A DNA stretch of 35,238 nt, from IMG/VR virus record IMGVR_UViG_3300037467_001409, positions 1 through 35,238 of that record. One strand, written 5' to 3'. A program made the position numbers and the translations under genes. Origin of the DNA: a virus (taxonomy: Duplodnaviria; Caudoviricetes). Of the stretch, positions 26,471-34,583 are shown in pieces. How positions within the stretch are numbered: position 1 is the first letter of the stretch; every line of letters starts with the position of its first letter. The notes beneath the pieces are model-generated. The model saw only the letters and a program-made list of their open reading frames with translations. It ran no database searches and was not told the DNA's origin.

Positions 26471-28870
26471 TTGGCCGTCAAGCAACTCATGTTGCCCGCG
26501 AACAGGGCTTTCGACAGCAACGGCCTCGCGCTGGCCGGTGCCAAGGCAAAGCTCTACGAAACCCGCACAAACACGCCCGCCACGTTCTACTCGGATGAGG
26601 CGCTGACCGTTCCGCTCGGCTCCACGATCACGGCCAACGGCGCTGGCCGGTTCACGCCCTTGCCCTACCAGGATGAGGCAACCCCGTTCCGGCTCATCGT
26701 TACTGACGCGAACGATGTCGAGCTTGATGACATTGACCCCTATTATTTTGGGTCCACGATTTACGGCACGTTCACCCTTCCGTCCGGATCGTCGGTGCCG
26801 TCCCTCGCCGCGCTCAAAGTGATTGCGAATCCGGCTGACGGCCAAACCGCGATCCTGAGCGCGGATGGCGGGAATTTTACATTCACGAACGATGGCGTCG
26901 GCAATGCTGCGCTTGTCTCGCAACTGGCGTCTCTAGCGTCTGCACCTAATCAGGCGTTCATCGTTCCACCTTCTACCGACACGACCGGAGCATCCGGAGC
27001 GTGGGTTAGGAAATACAGCGGCTCCGCCGACATTCGCTGGTTCGGTGCGGACACGGCTGCAACGGCGGTTGCGAACAAGGCGGCAATTCAAGTCGCGCTC
27101 AATGTCGCTAAGGAAGTGATGGTTCCGAAGCTGGCCGCTGCCTTTTCCTCAACCGGCGGAATCGTCATTCCGTCTGGCGGCTTCATCCGTGGGCCGGGCA
27201 CCATCGACTTCGATGGGTCGGCTGCAACCTACTTCGCTTCGCTCGGCTCGGCTCAGGACGCGGCTGGCGTAGCCTCTAGCAACATGGGCGTGGTCGGGGT
27301 TAACTTCACCTGCTCGACCGATATTCAGTTCATCCACATCATCAAGCTGGAGAACGGCGGCGCGACCCTCGACCGGGTATTTATCAACTTCAACACGGTT
27401 ACCTATACGGCGACTCCGACGACCGGAGATCGCTGGTTCATCAATGGCCGATATACCAGCGCCACCGGGGCCGCGACCTGGAGCAACGTCCAAGTTATCG
27501 GGAACGTCCTCGACGGGCCGATGCAGCTAATCGCTGGCTGCGCGAACGGGACGGCGAAGCATTGGGCTGTAAGGCATAACATCGTCAACAATGCCCGCTC
27601 GAACGGAATCTTCTTCTCCTCCGGAGCTGCGAGCGCGGGCAATCCTGCGACGGTCGAAGACATCGACATCAGCCACAATCAGATCAGCGCCGATTCCTAT
27701 ACGTCTGTCGGGATTCTCGTCGGCCTCGATAACGAGACTGTTGACCGCAATTTCAACATTCGCCGCGTCAAGATTTGCAACAACAAGATTTACCTGAATC
27801 ACGCTGCCGCGACATGGGGGATCGGCATTCGTGGCGGCAACGATTGCTCAGGGATTGGCGGCTTCGCGTCTGACCTCAACGGTGTCGAGATTCACGGCAA
27901 CGAGATTTACACGCAGGCCGGACAAGCTGCGATCCATGTCGGCTGTGTCGGGGTCAGCACCGCAGCCGCCGTTTACATCAAGAATTTCGTCCTCGGCTCG
28001 AACCTGATCCTGCAAGGCGACGTTCTCGTTGGCGGGGTCGATGAAGGCTGTTTCAAGAGCAACGTCGTTCGCGGCAACTTTCAGCCGATCAATACCAGCC
28101 TCGTCATGCGTTCGTCGGGGAATACCTATCAAACGCTTTCTCCCGCGACTGCTGCCACATTCGAGATGCGGAGCGATGGGGACACGTTCATTGGCCGCGA
28201 TCCCGCGTCGGTCGGTCCCGACAGGCCGGTGGACATTGCTCCGACGACCGGGGCAACGCAGACGGTCTATCTCAACAATGCCGTCATCAACTCTCGGCAG
28301 GCGTCGGGGTCGAACCGCAATGCCGCCGTTCGCACAAGCGGGCTTGGAACAGCGACCGTCTTTATTCACAACATGACGTCAGCCACGACCTGGGCCGATG
28401 GGCGAACGGTCCAGACAACCGGCACCATTACCGAGTTCACCGACGCGGCGGCGCTGGCGAACGCCAACACGTGGGCGGCTGCTCAGACCTTCGCCAGCTC
28501 TGCCAAAAGCACATCGGCAACCGCTGGCGTCGGCTATGCAACCGGTGCCGGTGGCGCTGCAACTCAGGCGACCAACAAAACGACCAGCGTGACGCAAAAC
28601 AAGATTTGCGGCACCATCACCATGAACAATGCGGCTCTCGCCGCCAGCAACCTTGCCGAGTTCACCGTCACCAATTCGGCGGTGTCGGTAACCGACGCTA
28701 TTATCCTGAACCTTGCCAGCGGCAACGTCTCGAACAGCATTGCCTATCGTTACTGGATCAGCGGCATTGCTGCTGGTTCGTTCAAGATCGCGGTCGAAAA
28801 CCGAAGCGGCTCCTCGCTCTCGGAAGCCCTTGTGTTCAACTACGCTATCCTGAAGTCGGTTGCAGCGTAG
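26471..28870 (+). CDS. Tailspike / receptor-binding protein with right-handed beta-helix (candidate depolymerase)
   Basis: N-terminal head-binding domain (FDSNG..LAGAK..LYE..TNTPA..YSD), DIRWFGA, repeated I.I..N.I rungs; start moved to TTG 26471 after GGGGGA. Confidence 0.85.
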   Translation: MAVKQLMLPANRAFDSNGLALAGAKAKLYETRTNTPATFYSDEALTVPLGSTITANGAGRFTPLPYQDEATPFRLIVTDANDVELDDIDPYYFGSTIYGTFTLPSGSSVPSLAALKVIANPADGQTAILSADGGNFTFTNDGVGNAALVSQLASLASAPNQAFIVPPSTDTTGASGAWVRKYSGSADIRWFGADTAATAVANKAAIQVALNVAKEVMVPKLAAAFSSTGGIVIPSGGFIRGPGTIDFDGSAATYFASLGSAQDAAGVASSNMGVVGVNFTCSTDIQFIHIIKLENGGATLDRVFINFNTVTYTATPTTGDRWFINGRYTSATGAATWSNVQVIGNVLDGPMQLIAGCANGTAKHWAVRHNIVNNARSNGIFFSSGAASAGNPATVEDIDISHNQISADSYTSVGILVGLDNETVDRNFNIRRVKICNNKIYLNHAAATWGIGIRGGNDCSGIGGFASDLNGVEIHGNEIYTQAGQAAIHVGCVGVSTAAAVYIKNFVLGSNLILQGDVLVGGVDEGCFKSNVVRGNFQPINTSLVMRSSGNTYQTLSPATAATFEMRSDGDTFIGRDPASVGPDRPVDIAPTTGATQTVYLNNAVINSRQASGSNRNAAVRTSGLGTATVFIHNMTSATTWADGRTVQTTGTITEFTDAAALANANTWAAAQTFASSAKSTSATAGVGYATGAGGAATQATNKTTSVTQNKICGTITMNNAALAASNLAEFTVTNSAVSVTDAIILNLASGNVSNSIAYRYWISGIAAGSFKIAVENRSGSSLSEALVFNYAILKSVAA

Positions 28871-29549
28871 CGAGCGCCATCTTCTGATTGCGCGGGTGTG
28901 GATAGCGGTCTGAGGCATTTTCCACGCTCAGGCCGTTCTCCCGCCCGATCCGCTGAAAGTAGGACAGCGGATAGGCGAAGTCTTTTGCCGTGATATTCAC
29001 GCGCCCTTCGCCATCGGCCTCGTTGAACGTGAAATAGAAGCGCGAACGCGGCTCCATGACCCCGGCAATGTTGGCGAAACATTCCTCGATCAGCGGTTCA
29101 TGCAGATGCGTGAAAACCGACTGCGCGAAAATGAAGTCGAAGCGCGGCAAGCCGTCGAAGCGGAAATTTCCATCTGGAACGTGAACGATTGTCGGGCGCT
29201 TGCCGGTCAGTCCCTCGTCGGCAACTAGCTGGCGAGCGGCCTTCACGCATTCGGCTGACATTTCCGTTCCAGTGTAGCGCCGCGCGTCCAGGTATCGGAT
29301 GAAGTGCCGCCCCCCGCGAAGCGTTCCGCAACCTATGTCGAGCAGAGCGCTGGACGGCTTCAATCCCTCGCCTTTAAGGAAGTCGATCTGGAGCTGGCCG
29401 ATCTCTTCCCATAGCCCGCCAACCGCTTCCTTCGGGTTGCGCTTCACGCGCTCGTCGGTGTGGCGGCGATAGGCGCTTAGGTAGTCGCTGGTCGGAACGA
29501 ACGCGGGCGTCGGTTTTATCCTGCGGCGGATTGCTGAGAGAACGGACAT
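28845..29549 (-). CDS. Class I SAM-dependent methyltransferase (moron, not a DNA methyltransferase)
   Basis: LLDIGCGTLRGG motif I, YTGTE, FDFIFAQSVFTHL; no DPPY/NPPY or PC motif. Confidence 0.88.
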   Translation of the reverse strand: MSVLSAIRRRIKPTPAFVPTSDYLSAYRRHTDERVKRNPKEAVGGLWEEIGQLQIDFLKGEGLKPSSALLDIGCGTLRGGRHFIRYLDARRYTGTEMSAECVKAARQLVADEGLTGKRPTIVHVPDGNFRFDGLPRFDFIFAQSVFTHLHEPLIEECFANIAGVMEPRSRFYFTFNEADGEGRVNITAKDFAYPLSYFQRIGRENGLSVENASDRYPHPRNQKMALATLQPTSG

Positions 29550-29555
29550 TCGCAC

Positions 29556-29585
29556 AATTTAGGCGCGATCCATCGAACATATCAA
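29556..29585 (-). promoter_or_regulatory. Candidate sigma70 promoter for a leaderless methyltransferase mRNA
   Basis: TTGATA-18 bp-TAAATT, then 6 nt to the ATG at 29549; no SD sequence. Confidence 0.5.
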
Positions 29586-29635
29586 GTCATTCACCCTGGC
29601 ACACGAAAGGCGGGAGCAATGCCCTGTAAGCGGAA

Positions 29636-29824
29636 ATGATACACGAGCACCGGCATTTGCTCGATTGGCTGGTGTGGGTTTGCGCTGGCATTTCCGCCTT
29701 CGGGCTTTCTCAGGCCGCGACGGTGGTGGCGATTGGTGCCGGACTCGCCTCGATCCTGCTGGCCGGGCTTCGCATCTACGACCGCTTCACTTGCGGCAAT
29801 TGGAACGGCCCGGGGCGTCGGTGA
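29636..29824 (+). CDS. Putative holin
   Basis: 62 aa, long hydrophobic segment(s), basic C-terminus; first gene of the lysis cluster. Confidence 0.6.
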   Translation: MIHEHRHLLDWLVWVCAGISAFGLSQAATVVAIGAGLASILLAGLRIYDRFTCGNWNGPGRR

Positions 29825-30147
29825 TGCCGAAACTCCCGCCGCCGCATACATTCGAGCAGGGACAGCGCGCCCTTTACGGCGCGCTCATGTCCGTGGCTGG
29901 CATTTGCTACGGCCTCGCTGCGCTTGCCGGGGCGGCTGTCATCGTCTGGGGAACATGGCCTGCTGATCTAGCGAGGCTTCGGCTGCTGCTCGTTGGTGGG
30001 GCCTTGGGCGGGGCAATCATCGGCTCGATTGCGGTCACTATCGCTCTGGCGGTCGGCGGACCTGTTGGCCGGTTCAAGGGCTCGGCCAGCCGCGACGGCG
30101 TAAGCGTCGAAGCGGAAGGCGCTGGCGAAGAAGGGCGGTCCATATGA
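29824..30147 (+). CDS. Two-TM membrane protein (holin/antiholin candidate)
   Basis: ATG 29824 overlaps the upstream TGA; two hydrophobic helices. Confidence 0.55.
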   Translation: MPKLPPPHTFEQGQRALYGALMSVAGICYGLAALAGAAVIVWGTWPADLARLRLLLVGGALGGAIIGSIAVTIALAVGGPVGRFKGSASRDGVSVEAEGAGEEGRSI

Positions 30148-30575
30148 TCCCGGAGTTCCTGCTGAGTAGGCTCGCTGGCCCGATTGCCAGCGGGGTTGCA
30201 GTGCTTCTGCTCGCGGCGCTGGTCTATGTCGGCCTCGATAGCCTGTCCAAGAACCGGACAATCGGGCTGCTCAGGGATGAGATACACAATCCGAAGACCG
30301 GCTTTATCGCCCAGGTCACCGCCGCTCAGGCCGATCTTGCCCAATGCCGCTCCAATCGCCTGACGCTGGAGGAATCGACTGAGCACCAGAATGAGGCGGT
30401 CGATGCGCTTAGGCGCAAGAGCGAAGCCCAGAATGCGGAGCTGGATCAACTGTCTCGGGATTACGCGCTTCGGCTTGGCCGGGCTAACGCGCTGATTGCC
30501 TCCATGAAGTCGATGCCGCGAAGCGGCGATGTCTGCAAAGATGCGGAGCATCTGATTAGGGAAGTCGCCAAGTGA
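30144..30575 (+). CDS. i-spanin (Rz-like)
   Basis: N-terminal TM helix, coiled coil, Cys residues. Confidence 0.75.
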   Translation: MIPEFLLSRLAGPIASGVAVLLLAALVYVGLDSLSKNRTIGLLRDEIHNPKTGFIAQVTAAQADLAQCRSNRLTLEESTEHQNEAVDALRRKSEAQNAELDQLSRDYALRLGRANALIASMKSMPRSGDVCKDAEHLIREVAK

Positions 30576-30883
30576 GGGCTCTGCTCGCGCTGGCGGCGCT
30601 GCTTCTGTCTGCCTGTTCCACAACGCAAGCGGTCCGCCCGGAGCCGATCATTCGGACAGTCGAAGTAAAGGTGCCAGTGGCCGTGCCATGCCCAGCATTG
30701 GAAAAGCTAGGTCCGGAGCCTCAGTATCCGGACAGCGACGAAGCCTTGCGCTCCGCCCCTGACATATTGGAACAGGTCAAGCTACTGCTCGCCGGACGCG
30801 CCCTGCGGGCCGTTCGCGCCGCTGCGGTAGCCGAAGCGCTGGCGATCTGCGCCGCGCACGAAGAAAGCGCCCCAGCCAAGTAG
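30572..30883 (+). CDS. o-spanin (Rz1-like lipoprotein)
   Basis: Lipobox LLLSAC, VEVKVPVAVPCP, Pro-rich. Confidence 0.8.
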   Translation: MRALLALAALLLSACSTTQAVRPEPIIRTVEVKVPVAVPCPALEKLGPEPQYPDSDEALRSAPDILEQVKLLLAGRALRAVRAAAVAEALAICAAHEESAPAK

Positions 30884-30929
30884 GCCAAGGCGCTTTCCCC
30901 AGCGGCTGGCTAGGCCGCTCCCCGACTGC

Positions 30930-31127
30930 TTAGACCAGCGGTGCCAACTCTAGCCTCCCCTCCTCTCGAAGCTGCAACCGCCGCTCCAGAATGTCGCCAA
31001 GGCGGCGGTCTGGAAAGGCGGCGCGGTATCCTTCTATGACAAGGCCGCAACGGGCCATGTCGATCATCTTGGCGTCGTCCGCATCGCTGAACGGCTGCAT
31101 GGGCGGCATGGAGAAGCGGTTTTTCAT
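30930..31127 (-). CDS. Hypothetical protein
   Basis: AGGAG upstream; ATGA coupling. Confidence 0.55.
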   Translation of the reverse strand: MKNRFSMPPMQPFSDADDAKMIDMARCGLVIEGYRAAFPDRRLGDILERRLQLREEGRLELAPLV

Positions 31128-31303
31128 AGCGGGCTCCTTTCAAAGCGTATCAGGCTCGCTTGGCGCTCGATGCGTTCAAGCTGCTCGTTGCTCAACAGGG
31201 GCAGGGTGGCGTAGGCGAGCAGGAAGCGGATATGGTCGCCAAGCTCGGTAACGCCGGTGTCCAGCGGCGCTTCCTGCGTGTCGGGGGCGAAGGGGCGGTT
31301 CAT
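31124..31303 (-). CDS. Hypothetical protein (59 aa, MNRPFAPDTQEAPLDTG...)
   Basis: Below the track cutoff; ATGA overlaps at both ends. Confidence 0.6.
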   Translation of the reverse strand: MNRPFAPDTQEAPLDTGVTELGDHIRFLLAYATLPLLSNEQLERIERQASLIRFERSPL

Positions 31304-31677
31304 TTCGCCCTCCCGTTCAAGGCGCCGATGCGGAGCGCGTTGTTAAGGGCAACGGCGTCCGGCATGGGGTCTTTGGAATAAGCCAAGCCCCTCACGGTCT
31401 GCCTGATGCGATCACGCTGCTTGGCGGAAAGCGCGTCGAACAGGAGCATCGCCAGCATCAAGGCTGGGCTGCGCGAAGGCAGTTCAGCCCCGTCCGGCTC
31501 GTCGAAGCGCTGGACATTGGCGGGGATTGGCTCTCCGCCGCGCTCCATGAGCAACAGGCTTAGAAAGCCCGCCGCGTCCATGCGGTTGCTGTAGTGCCAA
31601 AGCGCCCGCTCGGTCTGCGGGAACGGAAGCACGGTAGGAGGGGCCGAAGCCCCTCCGGTTGCTGGACGGGACGCCAT
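31300..31677 (-). CDS. Hypothetical protein
   Basis: ATG 31677 in a TAATG overlap, GGAGG upstream. Confidence 0.65.
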   Translation of the reverse strand: MASRPATGGASAPPTVLPFPQTERALWHYSNRMDAAGFLSLLLMERGGEPIPANVQRFDEPDGAELPSRSPALMLAMLLFDALSAKQRDRIRQTVRGLAYSKDPMPDAVALNNALRIGALNGRAK

Positions 31678-31961
31678 TACTCGGCCTCCCCGTCGATCTT
31701 CCGCAGGGTCGCGGAGATGTTGTCGAACAGGCCTTCCAGCATCCAACAGGCTGCGTTGTGCCGCTTCGCATCTTCCTTGCCGTCCGGAAGCGCGGCAAGC
31801 ATCTCGCCTTCTATGATAGCAAAGAGCGTGGCATGACCCTTCCTCGTCGCATCGTCCAGCGCGATCTTCTCTTCTCGCAGAGCATCAAAAACCCGCTCTG
31901 CTTCTTCAGTCGTGGAGAACGCGCCTCGGTATCCGGACGGGGCCGCTAGGCGGGGCACCAT
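31677..31961 (-). CDS. Hypothetical protein (94 aa)
   Basis: ATG 31961 in a TAATG overlap, GGAG upstream. Confidence 0.6.
   Translation of the reverse strand: MVPRLAAPSGYRGAFSTTEEAERVFDALREEKIALDDATRKGHATLFAIIEGEMLAALPDGKEDAKRHNAACWMLEGLFDNISATLRKIDGEAE
31938..31955 (+). repeat. 18-bp direct repeat, copy 1
   Basis: CGGGGCCGCTAGGCGGGG, identical to 32658-32675. Confidence 0.85.
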
Positions 31962-32602
31962 TACAGCGTCTCCGGAACGGTAACGGTGCCGAACAGGCGG
32001 CGCATATCGTCGCGGAAGGCGCGGACGCGGTGGGTGTCCTGCTCGTCGCCCAGCGCTAGATAGTCGTGGAAGACTTCCAGCTTGTAGGCGATTGCCAGAG
32101 CATCGGGAGCGGGGGTGAGAAGCATCTTCTCGCGGGCATCGCAGAGCTTTTCCACGGCGGCGTCGTGCTTCTTCTCCGCCTTCCGGTAGGCGGCTTCTGC
32201 TGGCGCGTTTTGCTCGTCTTGCTCGGCCTTGGCGGCGGTCCATGCCAGATAGGCGTCCACAAGGCGGGTCGCCTTGGCGGCGATGTCCGCGAATTGGTCC
32301 TCTGTAAAGTTTTCACTTGCGGCAAGGCGGTAATCCACCATCGCAACCCGCAATTCCAGCGAACGGATGAAGCCCTTGCGATCATCGGGCCAGCGCCTCG
32401 CGTAATGGTCGAGGCCGTAGGTGTCGAAGTCCTCCGGCTTCGCTACGCGGATGAAGTCTGCGTGATATTTGTCGCAAGCCGCCTGAAATTCCTCCGCTGC
32501 GACCTTGTAGGCTGCGGCCTCTTTCTCGAAGTCGGCAACGGCGGCGTTCCACGCCTCGCGGTTGTTGTCGATGGACGGAGTGTTTACATTATCGGTAGCC
32601 AT
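31961..32602 (-). CDS. Hypothetical helical protein
   Basis: GGAGG upstream; C-terminal LLTPAPDALAIAYKLE motif of a type common in alphaproteobacterial prophage proteins. Confidence 0.75.
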   Translation of the reverse strand: MATDNVNTPSIDNNREAWNAAVADFEKEAAAYKVAAEEFQAACDKYHADFIRVAKPEDFDTYGLDHYARRWPDDRKGFIRSLELRVAMVDYRLAASENFTEDQFADIAAKATRLVDAYLAWTAAKAEQDEQNAPAEAAYRKAEKKHDAAVEKLCDAREKMLLTPAPDALAIAYKLEVFHDYLALGDEQDTHRVRAFRDDMRRLFGTVTVPETL

Positions 32603-32657
32603 GTGCCTGGGCCTCCAGGTTAGTGGTGAGGCTCCGTTCCGGCGTTCCAGCGCCGGG

Positions 32658-32675
32658 CGGGGCCGCTAGGCGGGG
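32658..32675 (+). repeat. 18-bp direct repeat, copy 2
   Basis: Identical to 31938-31955. Confidence 0.85.
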
Positions 32676-32690
32676 TGCCCAGCGGGGAAG

Positions 32691-32762
32691 GGCTTAATTG
32701 CCCATTTTGGCACGGTCAACCCTTTTGGGTAACTTGACACAAAAAGAGTTGGGGACTAGTCG
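32691..32762. promoter_or_regulatory. Back-to-back promoters with short dyads
   Basis: Minus strand TTGACC-17-TAAGCC; plus strand TTGACA(32734)-17-TAGTCG; dyads TGCC-CATTTT-GGCA and ACCC-TTTT-GGGT. Confidence 0.65.
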
Positions 32763-32791
32763 GCGCGCCTCTTTGTAGAGGGGAAGTCACC

Positions 32792-33028
32792 GTGCTAACC
32801 GCAACGACGTGCCGCGCCGCTCGGGCGCTTGTCGGGCTTACGCAAGAGGAGCTTTCGAGCCGCGCCAGGGTGGGCCGATCAACGGTCCGCAATTTCGAGA
32901 ATGGCAGGCATGTGCCGCTGGCGAACAATCTCGATGCGCTCGCTCGCGCTCTGGAAGAAGCCGGGGTGCTATTCATTCCCGCCGACGATCAGGGCGGGGA
33001 AGGCGTGAGGCTCAGGCTCCGCCCGTAG
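32792..33028 (+). CDS. XRE-family HTH transcriptional regulator
   Basis: [28 protein letters not shown]...ALEEAGV.FI....GGEGVRL. Confidence 0.9.
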   Translation: MLTATTCRAARALVGLTQEELSSRARVGRSTVRNFENGRHVPLANNLDALARALEEAGVLFIPADDQGGEGVRLRLRP

Positions 33029-33398
33029 CGTAGGCTGCACAACCTTCCTCGAAGTCCCAGCTATTGCCTCCGCAGTCTGCGGGGTCGCCTATGCCGTTCT
33101 TCTCGGCCCATGCGTAACCGGCTTCGTGCCCGGCGCAGCTTTCCTTGCAGCCGTATCCCTTGAAGCTGTCCAGCCAATCGGAGCGGTCGGCATTGTATTG
33201 GGCGTAGGTCATCCCGCCCTTGATGCCGCTGGTGTCGGCGTCCGTCCCTAACAGTGTGCGATCCGCGCTGTCGGCGTCTGGATATTCGGGGGACGTGAAG
33301 CCGAACGGCTCTGGCTGCCCGTCGAACGTGCCGAAACTCGACAGGGTGAATCCTGTTGCCAGGACGGCCCCGGCGATAAGGAAGGGTCGCGCGTTCAT
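33012..33398 (-). CDS. Secreted/periplasmic Cys-rich protein (moron)
   Basis: Signal-peptide-like N-terminus; C-x3-C-x-GHEAGY-x-WA...C-x-GNS..FEEGC; GCTATGAT 6 nt before the ATG. Confidence 0.75.
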   Translation of the reverse strand: MNARPFLIAGAVLATGFTLSSFGTFDGQPEPFGFTSPEYPDADSADRTLLGTDADTSGIKGGMTYAQYNADRSDWLDSFKGYGCKESCAGHEAGYAWAEKNGIGDPADCGGNSWDFEEGCAAYATGGA

Positions 33399-33480
33399 GG
33401 GCTGATCATAGCAGAACGGGGAGTCGGGGGAAATTGTCTAAAATGGCTTCGGTTAATTGCGATCCTTCGCGCGCGCGTGG

Positions 33481-33640
33481 CGCACCTCGTGGTGCGGTAG
33501 TGCGGCGATATTCTCCCCTCTGGAAACCACCGCACTTTAGCGCACCCGCACCTGCGCACCCCTAAAGGGGGTGCGCGTAGTGCGGTAGTGCGCGGCGCAC
33601 TGTGCGCAGTAGGTGGTGCGGCAAGGTGCGCGTGGTGCGG
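33481..33640. repeat. GTGCG/CGCAC pentamer cluster around a central palindrome; candidate replication origin
   Basis: 15 copies counted in 160 bp; GCGCACCCC-TAAAG-GGGGTGCGC at 33554-33576. Confidence 0.7.
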
Positions 33641-33684
33641 CGAATCCGGGGTATTTTGGCTTGGATCGCTGCTGTCTCATTTTG

Positions 33685-33700
33685 TGCAACTGGCGTTGCA
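33685..33700. promoter_or_regulatory. Dyad upstream of the serine recombinase (candidate binding/res site)
   Basis: TGCAAC-TGGC-GTTGCA. Confidence 0.5.
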
Positions 33701-33766
33701 GTTGATAGGGCGCGACAGTATATTGGCTGCGGCTGCCGTTGAACCTGGCGGCTGGAGGGCAGGACA

Positions 33767-34507
33767 ATGGCAAGTGCGTTCGTGGCTTACTATCGTGTTT
33801 CGACAAAGCGGCAGGGTCAGTCGGGCCTTGGGCTTGAAGCTCAGCGTGCTGCGGTGCTGGCGCATCTTGGCCGCGCTCCGGACCACGAATTTACCGAAGT
33901 GGAATCCGGCAAGCGTTCGGATCGTCCGGAGCTTCTAAAGGCGCTCGATCTGGCAGAGCTGACTGGCGCGACCTTGATCGTGGCCAAGCTGGACCGGCTT
34001 TCCCGCAACGCTGCTTTCCTGCTGACACTACGCGACTGCTCGAAGGTTCCTATTGTCTTTGCCGATATGCCGAAGGCCGACCGCTTCGTTATCGGCGTCA
34101 TGGCGATGATCGCGGAATGGGAGCGGGAGCAGATCGGCAAGCGGACCAAGGAAGCGCTGGCGGCTGCCAAGGCTCGCGGAACGGTTCTCGGCGGGGATCG
34201 CGGCAACCTTGGCGGTGTCCGGGCGCTGGGGACGTCCAGGAGCGCCGCCAAGCGGTCAGAGACTGCGAAGGCAAGGGCGGCGAAGGTTCTGCCGCATATC
34301 GAAGCGGCCAAGGCGCAAGGGCACCGCTCAACGCGGGCAATCGCCGCCTATCTCAATAGGAAAGGCATCAGGACCGCGCGCGGTGCCGATTGGCGCTCGG
34401 GTTCCGTGGGGCGGCTGCTCGCTTCCGCTTCGGTCGAATTACCGGCAACTCAGGGCTCGCCTCAATCCAGAGCGTTGGATAGCGCAGCCGAGCTTCTTCC
34501 AGCATAG
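33767..34507 (+). CDS. Serine recombinase (resolvase/invertase family) with C-terminal recombinase-type DNA-binding domain
   Basis: AYYRVST..Q catalytic motif, ESGK...RPEL, VAKLDRLSR, AEWERE.I..RTK, AIAAYLNRKGIRTARG..W. Confidence 0.93.
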   Translation: MASAFVAYYRVSTKRQGQSGLGLEAQRAAVLAHLGRAPDHEFTEVESGKRSDRPELLKALDLAELTGATLIVAKLDRLSRNAAFLLTLRDCSKVPIVFADMPKADRFVIGVMAMIAEWEREQIGKRTKEALAAAKARGTVLGGDRGNLGGVRALGTSRSAAKRSETAKARAAKVLPHIEAAKAQGHRSTRAIAAYLNRKGIRTARGADWRSGSVGRLLASASVELPATQGSPQSRALDSAAELLPA

Positions 34508-34583
34508 CGCGCGGCAACAGCAACGGGCGCTCCGTCCCGTCCGCCTCGTTGTAGAACGCGATTAGGCCATCTGGCTTCTTCAT
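34368..34583 (-). CDS. Hypothetical protein, last gene of the leftward operon
   Basis: ATGA coupling upstream; 3' end overlaps the recombinase 3' end by 140 bp. Confidence 0.45.
   Translation of the reverse strand: MKKPDGLIAFYNEADGTERPLLLPRAMLEEARLRYPTLWIEASPELPVIRPKRKRAAAPRNPSANRHRARS

Noticed and set aside
26471-28870. Diversity-generating retroelement or invertible tail-fibre cassette
   Set aside because: No reverse transcriptase, template repeat or alternative fibre tip seen; the serine recombinase is about 5 kb away
28845-29555. DNA methyltransferase / restriction-modification system
   Set aside because: Lacks DNA methyltransferase catalytic motifs, and there is no adjacent endonuclease
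33481-33640. CRISPR array, or the ORFs 33537-33806 and 33588-33938
   Set aside because: Repeats are 5-mers with irregular spacing, there are no cas genes, and the translations are low-complexity products of the repeats
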